Assembly: GCA_964543385.1 (NCBI GenBank)
Contig: CAZIYE010000002.1
Span: 64,034 to 128,033 of the forward strand
From: an uncultured Candidatus Saccharibacteria bacterium
GTDB lineage: Bacteria; Patescibacteriota; UBA1384; XYA2-FULL-43-10; 1-14-0-10-43-13
DNA length: 64,000 nt
Reading direction: 5' to 3'
The notes under the pieces are model-generated. The model was not told the origin of the DNA. It was given only the letters and a program-made list of their open reading frames with translations, and did no database searches. Position numbers and translations under genes: made by a program. Position 1 is the first letter of the stretch. Every line of letters starts with the position of its first letter. This document shows, piece by piece, positions 38,747 through 47,132 of this stretch.

Positions 38747-40305
38747 TGCTGTTTACTCCCTCTATCGTTACTAATTGATCCATAAGGCATGAATACAACT
38801 CTAGGCTTAGCCTTTTCTTGGCCAATTTTTTCAACAAGAGTTTTGTATTCATAGTTGTTCTTTAGAAGATTCGAATAAATCTTTTCTCCAACATTTTTTT
38901 TTAATTCATCATTTGGTTCGATATTCTTATTCAATTCAACGGCTATTTCAATATATTGATTTCTTAAATCATCATACTTCGTGGTCATCGACATTCTAGT
39001 TGTCAATTTATCTATAATAGCTTGATCTTCAAGCCCTTTTCTAACTGTCTGCGGATAGATATTCAAGCCGTAGAGAGTAATCGTTTGGTCTGATTTCCCG
39101 TAGAGGACAATGAAAGGTAATTTCCATATGGGAAGATTTAGTTTCTTGGCCTCTTCTAAAATATCTATACCTTCATTTTTAAATAAATTAATCATTTCAT
39201 GGAAGCTATAGATAGTTCCATAATCGTGGAGGTTATAATCTAAAAGTGGCATTCCACCGACAGTAGAGCAAATTAATTCATTGTCTACGCATTCAAAGTG
39301 TTTTAAATGTGGATGATATTGAACAAAAGTAGAAACCGTTCTGCCATTGAAGAGTTTTTCAAGCAGCTTATCATTTTTGGCACATAGTCTTTTTATCATG
39401 ATGCTAATAGGGGTCTCATGTCCAAGAATTGCTGCGTCAGCTGATCCATATGTATTCACGCTAGAATTGTAGTAGTCTTTAATCTTTGCTTTCTTGTACA
39501 AATATTCGCGCCAATCTTCACTTATTGCCTCTGCGCCAAAGATGAATTTAAGGTTATACGAACCCCAGTCAAATCCCCTGGAAATACCTTCTTCAATTGT
39601 ATCCTTTACAAAAGGAGGATATCCGCAGATCACTATTTGCTCATAGTTGTTTCCTATTTCGCTAATAATTCTTAAAATGCTGTCCATGGAAATACCTGGA
39701 GTTATGACGGAAAGATCATACCCTCTCTGTGCTATTCTTAGGCAGGAATTTAGCGTAAATACACCGGCAACATACATACCCATTGAATAGGCATCGACTA
39801 TTAATGTTCTTTTCTTGTCTATGTGAAAAAAATCCTTCAAGATCATCTCATAAATAATCGTTGTTTCTAGCTCCAAGTAATTGCCTCTAGGCCAAAAATA
39901 CGGTTTTCCGCTTGAACCAGAACTGACAGAAACCATCTTAATGGAGTCCATATAATTGCCGGGAAGTAGTTCTGAAATAGGATATTCGTGCAGGTAATTT
40001 TTTTTGTCTATAAAACGGTTCGATTTGTTTGCTGAAAATTGCTTATAGGCGGGGACACTATTTTTTATTTCGGCCTCAAGCTCTGAGTATATTTCTTTCG
40101 AATATTTCTCGATCTCTTTAGGGTCAGTATTTTTTAGATAATTTAAAGAAAAATCAACGTCATAAATTTTAAGAGCCTCAAAAAAAGGATTGCTTGAATT
40201 GTTAATCTGTCCAATTGCTTGGTCTTTAAAATATGGTTTTAATGTTGTATAGTTATTAAAGATACTTTTCATGATTCTAATATAGCATATTAAATTATGA
40301 GCCAC
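38722..40305 (-). CDS. PaaK/F390-synthetase-like adenylate-forming enzyme (ANL superfamily)
   Basis: 527 aa. AMP-binding P-loop SVSSGSSGKPYFWPRG matches the PaaK/CapK/LuxE-type motif SSGTTGKP. Overlaps the E1-like gene by 25 nt. True start may be MKSIF (40272), since the track start overlaps the divergent gene. Confidence 0.6.
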   Translation of the reverse strand: MAHNLICYIRIMKSIFNNYTTLKPYFKDQAIGQINNSSNPFFEALKIYDVDFSLNYLKNTDPKEIEKYSKEIYSELEAEIKNSVPAYKQFSANKSNRFIDKKNYLHEYPISELLPGNYMDSIKMVSVSSGSSGKPYFWPRGNYLELETTIIYEMILKDFFHIDKKRTLIVDAYSMGMYVAGVFTLNSCLRIAQRGYDLSVITPGISMDSILRIISEIGNNYEQIVICGYPPFVKDTIEEGISRGFDWGSYNLKFIFGAEAISEDWREYLYKKAKIKDYYNSSVNTYGSADAAILGHETPISIMIKRLCAKNDKLLEKLFNGRTVSTFVQYHPHLKHFECVDNELICSTVGGMPLLDYNLHDYGTIYSFHEMINLFKNEGIDILEEAKKLNLPIWKLPFIVLYGKSDQTITLYGLNIYPQTVRKGLEDQAIIDKLTTRMSMTTKYDDLRNQYIEIAVELNKNIEPNDELKKNVGEKIYSNLLKNNYEYKTLVEKIGQEKAKPRVVFMPYGSISNDRGSKQQWINLNQI

Positions 40306-41421
40306 AATAATAAAGAGGCAGCGCTTGTCCTGGGGGGACTAGGCTTAATAGGTGGGTCACTAGCCCAAGAACTTACAAAGAATTTTGACGTGTTTGTTGT
40401 GGACAGAAGAGAGCCTAAGGAAAAAAATGGAAGTGTGAAATATTATGTATCCGATGCGCTAAGTGTCTCAAGCCTTGAGAAGTTAATAATTGAACATGAG
40501 CCAAGACTAATCGTTAATTCAATAAATATAGCCACTATTTTTTCAGATAACCCTGAGGCAAACTATAAAAAGCTTGTTAAGTTTTACTATAGTTTGTATC
40601 AGATATTTAGTAAGATCTCACATCCGATACATTTCATTCAGATGGGGACAACTGGTTCTGGTGGACTAGGCTTTGATATTCCTTTTACTCATGGGGACAG
40701 AATAGAAGATCTCCCGATCATAAACAAGGCTGCTTTTGCCGGTGTTTCGACGGCAATGCTGACCCTTATGTCCAGGTCTTTTGGCCATAGAGTAAAAGTG
40801 TCGGAAATTAAACCAGGCTTGTCAATTTTTCGAAAAGATATTGTTAAAGAAAAATTTGATGGCAGTAACCTTATCCTTATAGATGGTGGTGAAAGTGGTT
40901 TTTATACATACAATGAACTAGCGCTCCTCACATGTTATATGGGTTTTACAACAGTAGACACGATCATTGATAAAGTTATGAAAATTATTGGTGGCGATAA
41001 AAGCTTCCATAATCACTGTGTTTATGACACGATAGGCAGTCTCAATGGTGCTATTATTACGCAAAATCACCTAGACCATTGGCGTTTGGTTAAATATCTT
41101 AATATTATGAAAAGACTGTCTGGCAAAGACTATATAATAGCTACGGGCAAACTTGGCCCTCCAAGCATCACAAGAGACTTAATTCTTACATACCTAAAAA
41201 AGGAAAATCCTGATGTCGACGAGGAATCTTTTGCTAAGAAAATCAAGGGTGATGCAAATATAGTCAATACAATAAAATTCATCAAGAAGAATGATAAAAC
41301 TCTTTATGAATATCTATTAACTGAATTGAATTACGAAAACTATCTCAAAGCTATATATACTAAAGATGAGCCGTGGGAAAACGTTAAAGCTATGTTGGCT
41401 AGACAGAAACTGATAGTATAG
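40297..41421 (+). CDS. NAD(P)-binding Rossmann-fold oxidoreductase-like protein
   Basis: N-terminal GxxGxxG (LVLGGLGLIGGSLAQEL). Transcribed divergently from the PaaK-like gene. Confidence 0.4.
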   Translation: MSHNNKEAALVLGGLGLIGGSLAQELTKNFDVFVVDRREPKEKNGSVKYYVSDALSVSSLEKLIIEHEPRLIVNSINIATIFSDNPEANYKKLVKFYYSLYQIFSKISHPIHFIQMGTTGSGGLGFDIPFTHGDRIEDLPIINKAAFAGVSTAMLTLMSRSFGHRVKVSEIKPGLSIFRKDIVKEKFDGSNLILIDGGESGFYTYNELALLTCYMGFTTVDTIIDKVMKIIGGDKSFHNHCVYDTIGSLNGAIITQNHLDHWRLVKYLNIMKRLSGKDYIIATGKLGPPSITRDLILTYLKKENPDVDEESFAKKIKGDANIVNTIKFIKKNDKTLYEYLLTELNYENYLKAIYTKDEPWENVKAMLARQKLIV

Positions 41422-41856
41422 ACTAATCCACAGTTTTTCTTTTGACAATCTATGTGATCGCAGCTAAACTATATCAGTTCGCCATACTCTTATAGTTTAT
41501 AGCGGACCTAGCTAATCATGGTCGTGCATTTATCTTGCTAGAAAGTGATGTGGCAACATCACAATAATCAATCAATCCTCAAGGACTGATTTTTATTTTG
41601 GGCAGATTCCGGCTGCTCTTGCCAATCCAACCGTCTGGTTGTGTATTCCGGCAGAACATCACTGACTATTTTATTGCACGTATTAGTCAACTAGATGTTA
41701 GCACTTTTCTATCCCTCCTGATCCACCCTGTTTGTAAAAAATGTGCAGATGGATCAGGATAGCGGTTTGTTCACTGTATAACCGCTGATAACAAATCAGC
41801 GTGTTGACAAAAAATCACACGCTGATTTTTGTTTGATGTTTATGTATAATTTACTT

Positions 41857-42432
41857 ATGAAAATTTTATCCAAAGAAAAATCTCGGGAGATATTAATCAA
41901 ATTATTATCACTTTTCCAATGCGATCAGTTTGAGAAGATGGATAAATATCTCAATTCAAAGCCATTCAGATTCTTCAAATTCTATGCAAGCAATTCTTGC
42001 GAGCTCCCATTTTTATTTTGGGATGAAAAAGAAGCCAAGAAGATATTTGATTCCGCGATTAGTATTAGTGGTGCGGTAAAGGATAGTGATGGTGGTGTAT
42101 ACGGTATTGGTAATTATGATTATTTAGATAAATTAGCAAACTTTTTGAAAACACAGGGCTTTGTAAATATATACGGCGCTGGTAATTGGGATCCCTTCGG
42201 CAATGTTGGTCACAGTGCCATTGGCCTAAATGTTAATGAAATTAGGGGTATTAGCAGACATAACTACGATGACATCTATTTCTTTGATGAAAATTTTACC
42301 TGGATGCTCGCATTTAATCATCATAGAAACGGATTTTTTGCCGGATCAAAAGAAATGATAGAAGATTTTTCATATTCAGTGCCCGAATTTCGCAAATACC
42401 TCAGAGAAGAATGCTCCTGCTGCGGGCTTTGA
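41857..42432 (+). CDS. hypothetical protein with C-terminal CSCCGL tail (gene A)
   Basis: The track ORF starts at TTG 41833; the first ATG is at 41857 (MKILSKEK). No known domain. Its last roughly 25 codons recur twice downstream (43251..43340 and about 46170..46218). Confidence 0.45.
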   Translation: MKILSKEKSREILIKLLSLFQCDQFEKMDKYLNSKPFRFFKFYASNSCELPFLFWDEKEAKKIFDSAISISGAVKDSDGGVYGIGNYDYLDKLANFLKTQGFVNIYGAGNWDPFGNVGHSAIGLNVNEIRGISRHNYDDIYFFDENFTWMLAFNHHRNGFFAGSKEMIEDFSYSVPEFRKYLREECSCCGL

Positions 42433-42779
42433 CTTATCCGCTAAGTTGACATTTGACACCCTTTAATTGCTTCTGTAGAATTTATGCATGGATACGTTAT
42501 GGACAAAATTTAGACCCAAACGCAAGTTGCGGGCTAAGTGTGTCTTTGAAGAACTCCAAATAGATAGGACCCCTCTGGGGCCCTTTTTTGTATCCTGTAC
42601 ACTCACAATCTAACGAAAGGAGGACTCCGGAGAATGGGAGCAATGTTGGTACACGTTTCTGCATTAGAATATCTCTCAGTGCTCGCTCTTCGGAGATTCT
42701 CCGAAGAAGACCTGCGAAGGATTCAAAAAGCAGAGGATTTCGCTACTGAGAAGTTGCAAGGCATATTGCGGCGTGATGG
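42410..42779 (+). repeat. 370-bp perfect direct repeat, copy 1 (gene-A 3' end + promoter + leader + first 49 codons of an HD hydrolase)
   Basis: Identical to 46198..46567 base for base. Imperfect similarity extends about 18 bp further upstream (42392 / 46180). Confidence 0.9.
42453..42481 (+). promoter_or_regulatory. consensus sigma70-type promoter TTGACA-17-TAGAAT (copy 1)
   Basis: ttgaca at 42453-42458, a 17-nt spacer, tagaat at 42476-42481. A roughly 146-nt leader follows, containing a terminator-like hairpin at about 42566-42589. Confidence 0.55.
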
Positions 42780-42834
42780 TGCCGCGGTCAATATTGCGAG
42801 ATTTATCTATACTGCCTTTCAAAATTCGCTGTAA
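42634..42834 (+). pseudogene. truncated duplicate of the SpoT-like HD hydrolase N-terminus (first 49 codons identical to 46422..)
   Basis: MGAMLVHVSALEYLSVLALRRFSEEDLRRIQKAEDFATEKLQGILRRDG, then divergence and a stop after 66 aa. The HD motif is absent. Confidence 0.6.
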
Positions 42835-42854
42835 ATGCCCTGACCCCCTATAGC

Positions 42855-43196
42855 CTAAGTGCTGTGGGGGGTCTTGATATTAGTTCTTTTAAAGCTGCCG
42901 CGGACAAGTTTAAAAGCCAAGCGTCCGTCCTTGTGCTGCATCGGTGTACCGATTAATTCTCCGCAATCACAAGTTAGATTTTTCAGGGTTGATTCGTCAT
43001 GTTCATTGGAACTATTAAAACTATCGGATATTATCCGGTTTATATAACAACGTTTGAGCCAACCAGGACCATCTTTCTGGTATAAAAATATCTTTTTTCC
43101 ACATTTAGCGCACCTGACGCGGGTAATCTTAGCAGTGCCGCCTCTGGCAGCCAGATATTTATCTCTTTTGATTTTGAATTGGTGTGACTGTTCCAT
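42855..43196 (-). CDS. zinc-ribbon hypothetical protein
   Basis: 113 aa with CxxC...CxC cysteine pairs (RCAKCGKK...CDCGE). GC-rich. Confidence 0.4.
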   Translation of the reverse strand: MEQSHQFKIKRDKYLAARGGTAKITRVRCAKCGKKIFLYQKDGPGWLKRCYINRIISDSFNSSNEHDESTLKNLTCDCGELIGTPMQHKDGRLAFKLVRGSFKRTNIKTPHST

Positions 43197-43250
43197 TATA
43201 AAAAATTATTCGAATCATTATTATATCAATAAAGATTTTTTTTCTCAATT

Positions 43251-43340
43251 ATGAGAGAGCAAGATGATTCAAAATTCTCATATTCAGTGCCTGAATATCG
43301 CAAATACCTCAAAGAAGAATGCTCCTGTTGTGGGCTTTAA
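43251..43340 (+). pseudogene. 29-codon fragment duplicating the 3' end of gene A (…FSYSVPEYRKYLKEECSCCGL)
   Basis: MREQDDSKFSYSVPEYRKYLKEECSCCGL is about 85-90% nt identity to the last roughly 75 bp of 41857..42432. Confidence 0.5.
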
Positions 43341-43518
43341 ATTTTTTAGTTCTGCATTACAGTAAAGCCAATTTGACAAAACAAATTGCTTAGAATATCA
43401 TCATATGAAACAAGCTTTATAGAAAGAAAAATATCTCCCAGACAAGTAAAATGTTGTTAGGGGATCATCTTTTTATAGGACAAAATATAGAATTTAAAAT
43501 CCAAGCAAGAATCAAAAA

Positions 43519-44919
43519 ATGAATGCCAATAATCAAAGAGTTGCTATAGCTGGACTTGGACCTCATGCCAAACGTATCTATATTAGGGTTCTCGCAAATT
43601 ATGAAATTCAACCAAAATTAGTAATAGATATACAGTCTTCTGAGGAAAGTGTTAGGAAATTTCTAAGAGAGCATAAAATCAAATGTGATCTATATTTTGT
43701 ACCGGATAAAAACAAAGATCTTAGGCGTCTTTCCGGAGAAGACAAGAAAAATATTGCACGTCTCCTCAAAAAAAATAAAATCAATAAAGCAATAATATCT
43801 ACAGAACCAAAATCTCATGTCGCATATGCGGAATTTTTTTTGAAACAGAAGTTGCCAGTTCTAATGGATAAGCCAGTTACGGCCATAAAAAATGCATGTT
43901 TCGATGATCGCCTTGCCCAGCAAATCTATAAAGAATATAAGCATCTGAGAGATATGTCTATTCAAAATGATGTTCCTCTAGTAATCCAATCTCAGAGGAG
44001 ATATCACGGTGGATATATCTTTATCAGGGAATTACTTAAAGATACCATATTAAAATATGGTATTCCGGTTACGCATATGGATATTTATCATTGTGATGGT
44101 CAATGGAATATGCCAATAGAATACATTACTAGGGATAATCATCCTTTTAATTATGGGTATGGTAAGGTTTTACATAGTGGCTATCATTTTGTTGATTTCA
44201 TGAGTTGGATAGTAGCTCTTAACAATTTATTACCAGACAAAAAGCCGGATTGTTTCGATGCTATTCACAAGACAGTTAAACCTCAAGATCAACTCTTTCA
44301 ACTTAATGAAAGCTATGAAAAACTTTTTGAAAAAGAGTTACCAGGATTGCCAGAGAAAGATTTTTCCAAAATGGGTGAACTAGATTCTTACTCATTTATG
44401 CAATTCAAAAGAGAGGGCAAAGTAGTCACTTCTGTAAATCTGAATATGTTGCACAGTGGATTTTCTCGACGGGCTAGTTCTGAATTGGCCAAGGATGTTT
44501 ATAAAGGTAATGGCAGGGTAAGGCATGAGAGAATAAATATCCAGATTGGTCCGATACTCAATATACAAGTTCATAGTTATCAATCTTATGAAATCAAAGA
44601 TAGCAGTTATTCAAAGAAAGAGATTGAACCTGGCGGTTTAGACCACTTCGATATTTATATATTCAGGAATTCTGGTATTATCGGTGGCAAGTCGTTCGAA
44701 AAAATTCAGGTCTCCAACCGGAGCCGTATCAATAGGAGAACGCACATGGGCCATAATGAGGAAGCCAGGGAAAGGTGCACAAAAGATTGGTTACAAGGAA
44801 ATGAGAGTGAGAATGATGTGTTAAAACACAAGCTCACTAATTTAGTTATGTCTACCCTATATCGCTGTTCTGCCAAGGAAAATTTAGGCAGATTCCCATA
44901 TATGGAAGTTAAACTGTAG
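43519..44919 (+). CDS. Gfo/Idh/MocA-family oxidoreductase (with extended C-terminal region)
   Basis: N-terminal Rossmann region VAIAGLGPHAKRIYIRVL...ISTEPKSHVAYAEFFLKQKLPVLMDKP carries the EKP-type motif. Confidence 0.6.
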   Translation: MNANNQRVAIAGLGPHAKRIYIRVLANYEIQPKLVIDIQSSEESVRKFLREHKIKCDLYFVPDKNKDLRRLSGEDKKNIARLLKKNKINKAIISTEPKSHVAYAEFFLKQKLPVLMDKPVTAIKNACFDDRLAQQIYKEYKHLRDMSIQNDVPLVIQSQRRYHGGYIFIRELLKDTILKYGIPVTHMDIYHCDGQWNMPIEYITRDNHPFNYGYGKVLHSGYHFVDFMSWIVALNNLLPDKKPDCFDAIHKTVKPQDQLFQLNESYEKLFEKELPGLPEKDFSKMGELDSYSFMQFKREGKVVTSVNLNMLHSGFSRRASSELAKDVYKGNGRVRHERINIQIGPILNIQVHSYQSYEIKDSSYSKKEIEPGGLDHFDIYIFRNSGIIGGKSFEKIQVSNRSRINRRTHMGHNEEARERCTKDWLQGNESENDVLKHKLTNLVMSTLYRCSAKENLGRFPYMEVKL

Positions 44920-44957
44920 TTTGACAATCAAATCCAAGTACGAGGGGGAGCTGAAAG

Positions 44958-45650
44958 ATGCCGGTTACTGTGGCGTTTGACGGTTTGAATCGATGCGGTA
45001 AAGGCACCCAGGCAGCATTGCTGCAGTCTCGCCTTCGCGAGATGGATGTTTTTTCCGTGATCATCAGAGGCGACGGTTCGAGGGATGGCTTGGGATTGAC
45101 ACCAGGTGATCCAGAAGACCTCTGGTGGCAAGGCTTCAAAAGCTGTCTAAAGGGCAGCGAAGGGACAACGCGCTGGTTCGATAAATGGAATGAAGCAGCG
45201 TGTCGCTTAGCGCATGAATTAATTTGCTGGCAGGGAATAACATTCCCTCAAATGCTGAAAGATTCAGGGCGTAAAAGCGGAGTCTTACTTATCGATCGGA
45301 GCATTATTTCCAGAATTATGGTTATGCGGCAAGCCGGAGAGTATAACGGTTTAAACAGCCTGTATACTGTCGGAGGCGAGCCACAAGACATTGACTGGGA
45401 AGAGGTGCTACCCACAGTGCTGTTCAATTTCCATGTGCCCCAAGAGGTACTTCTGGCACGGTTGGATCATGATGATCCAAAGTATCAGTTCCGAAAGGGC
45501 ATTATCGAACAGCATTTCCAACTCCATGTCTCTGTTTCTAGGGAGCTGCCAGAAGAAATTTTAGGCAGAACAATCCCTTTGAACGGCGACAATGAGCTTG
45601 AGGTTATCCACGAAGAAATATCTGCGGTAGTGGAACCTCTATTGCATTAG
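44958..45650 (+). CDS. thymidylate-kinase-like P-loop protein with divergent Walker A (GLNRCGKGTQ), GC-rich
   Basis: VAFDGLNRCGKGTQAALL resembles the dTMP kinase motif (I)AFEGIDGSGKSTQ. GC is about 52% against a roughly 33% background. Confidence 0.45.
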   Translation: MPVTVAFDGLNRCGKGTQAALLQSRLREMDVFSVIIRGDGSRDGLGLTPGDPEDLWWQGFKSCLKGSEGTTRWFDKWNEAACRLAHELICWQGITFPQMLKDSGRKSGVLLIDRSIISRIMVMRQAGEYNGLNSLYTVGGEPQDIDWEEVLPTVLFNFHVPQEVLLARLDHDDPKYQFRKGIIEQHFQLHVSVSRELPEEILGRTIPLNGDNELEVIHEEISAVVEPLLH

Positions 45651-45713
45651 TGCGGGCAGAGTGTGGGGCAGGACGCCCCACACCATAATTTGAAAAAGTA
45701 ATAAAAGGAGTAT

Positions 45714-46142
45714 ATGAGGCACAGTTTTGATTCAGTGAATGTCAGTACAATAATTTTTAATAGAAAAGGACAGGTTCTTTTGGGAAAAAGAAGTATGGAC
45801 GAGGATGTATATCCCGGACTTTGGTGTGTGCCTGGAGGCAAGATAGATGTGGAAGCCTGTGAAGGTGAAATTATCGAGAACAATTTAAAAAGAGAGGTGA
45901 AGGAAGAGATAGGGATAGAGATAGAACCTCTCTTTTATCTTGCTAGCAATTGTCTTATAAAAGGAGACGAGGCAAAATTATATCTGATGTTTGTATCAGA
46001 GCATGTTGCCGGTGAGCCATTTGCACTTGACGGTACCGAAGAAGTTAAATGGTTTGAAATCGATGAACTAACACCAGAAATGCTAACGCCTAAAACCTAT
46101 GACAATATTCAAAAAGCGAGTGACAAAAGAATATCTCTCTAA
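45714..46142 (+). CDS. Nudix hydrolase
   Basis: Nudix box GGKIDVEACEGEIIENNLKREVKEEIGI. Confidence 0.75.
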   Translation: MRHSFDSVNVSTIIFNRKGQVLLGKRSMDEDVYPGLWCVPGGKIDVEACEGEIIENNLKREVKEEIGIEIEPLFYLASNCLIKGDEAKLYLMFVSEHVAGEPFALDGTEEVKWFEIDELTPEMLTPKTYDNIQKASDKRISL

Positions 46143-46197
46143 AAATATCTAGACAATTTCGAAATCTTAATTTATTTCCGCAAATATCTCAGAGAAA

Positions 46198-46567
46198 AAT
46201 GCTCCTGCTGCGGGCTTTGACTTATCCGCTAAGTTGACATTTGACACCCTTTAATTGCTTCTGTAGAATTTATGCATGGATACGTTATGGACAAAATTTA
46301 GACCCAAACGCAAGTTGCGGGCTAAGTGTGTCTTTGAAGAACTCCAAATAGATAGGACCCCTCTGGGGCCCTTTTTTGTATCCTGTACACTCACAATCTA
46401 ACGAAAGGAGGACTCCGGAGAATGGGAGCAATGTTGGTACACGTTTCTGCATTAGAATATCTCTCAGTGCTCGCTCTTCGGAGATTCTCCGAAGAAGACC
46501 TGCGAAGGATTCAAAAAGCAGAGGATTTCGCTACTGAGAAGTTGCAAGGCATATTGCGGCGTGATGG
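46198..46567 (+). repeat. 370-bp perfect direct repeat, copy 2
   Basis: Identical to 42410..42779. It is preceded by a 16-codon remnant of the gene-A tail (…YFRKYLREKCSCCGL*) at about 46170-46218. It contains promoter copy TTGACA(46241)-17-TAGAAT(46269). Confidence 0.9.
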
Positions 46568-47057
46568 CACACCAGCCATTGAGCACTCAAGAGCACTTGC
46601 ACTCAAAGCATGCGAGCTAAAACTGTCAGCAAACGCTATAGCGATTGCCTGGTTGCACGATGTGTTGGAGGACAACCTCAATGTCACATCGTGGGACCTG
46701 TACTGTTTGTTTGGAGTCGTCCATGGGGCGATCATCACCAACGGCGTAATAGCCTTGACACAATGCGACTGGATGTCTGACGAAGTGTACTTCAATAGGA
46801 TCGAAGTTGCATCCTCAGTCAACTGGGAGATTGTAGTCGTCAAATTAATTGATCGCTGGCATTTCCATTCGGACTTTTACAACGGTCCGGAGAAGAAAGA
46901 GCTAGCCAAGATTGACCAGACACAGAAGATCTTCCAGCAGACTATCAGAAACTGTGAAGTATTAGTTCCGGAAGATTTCCGGTCGACATACAATCAGTTG
47001 CTGGATGAAGTACTGGAGCTTGCAGAAATCCGGCAAGCTGAACTAATGGCCGCATAG
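46422..47057 (+). CDS. HD-domain protein resembling the (p)ppGpp hydrolase domain of RelA/SpoT (small alarmone hydrolase-like)
   Basis: 211 aa. HSRALALKACELKLSANAIAIAWLHDVLEDN matches the Rel/SpoT HD region (...HPLEVA.IL.ELGLD...AALLHDVVEDT). RBS AAAGGAGGA lies upstream. Confidence 0.55.
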   Translation: MGAMLVHVSALEYLSVLALRRFSEEDLRRIQKAEDFATEKLQGILRRDGTPAIEHSRALALKACELKLSANAIAIAWLHDVLEDNLNVTSWDLYCLFGVVHGAIITNGVIALTQCDWMSDEVYFNRIEVASSVNWEIVVVKLIDRWHFHSDFYNGPEKKELAKIDQTQKIFQQTIRNCEVLVPEDFRSTYNQLLDEVLELAEIRQAELMAA

Positions 47058-47132
47058 GCTCTGTCCACGATGGACCGAGCCTATTGCATTTTTATATTAG
47101 AAAAATTAATCAAGTTATGCTATAAAAATAAT

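Noticed and set aside
41833-41856. TTG start at 41833 for gene A as given by the ORF track
   Set aside because: It yields an MMFMYNLL N-terminus with no RBS. The downstream ATG at 41857 (MKILSKEK) is more plausible, though neither has a strong SD.
42392-46567. Integrase, transposase or recombinase within or next to the repeat-flanked cassette (IS or integron interpretation)
   Set aside because: No ORF with recombinase motifs was found in or near the cassette: no RHRY tyrosine-recombinase motif, DDE motif or serine-recombinase motif. The repeats are direct rather than inverted, and are long (370 bp) with genic content. That fits homologous recombination or duplication better than an IS element.
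46563-47132. Possibility that the leader upstream of valS is a T-box riboswitch
   Set aside because: The region upstream of valS is occupied by the HD-hydrolase coding sequence. The only long leader (42482..42633 and 46270..46421) precedes the HD gene, not valS, and lacks the T-box consensus (GGGTGGNACCGCG).
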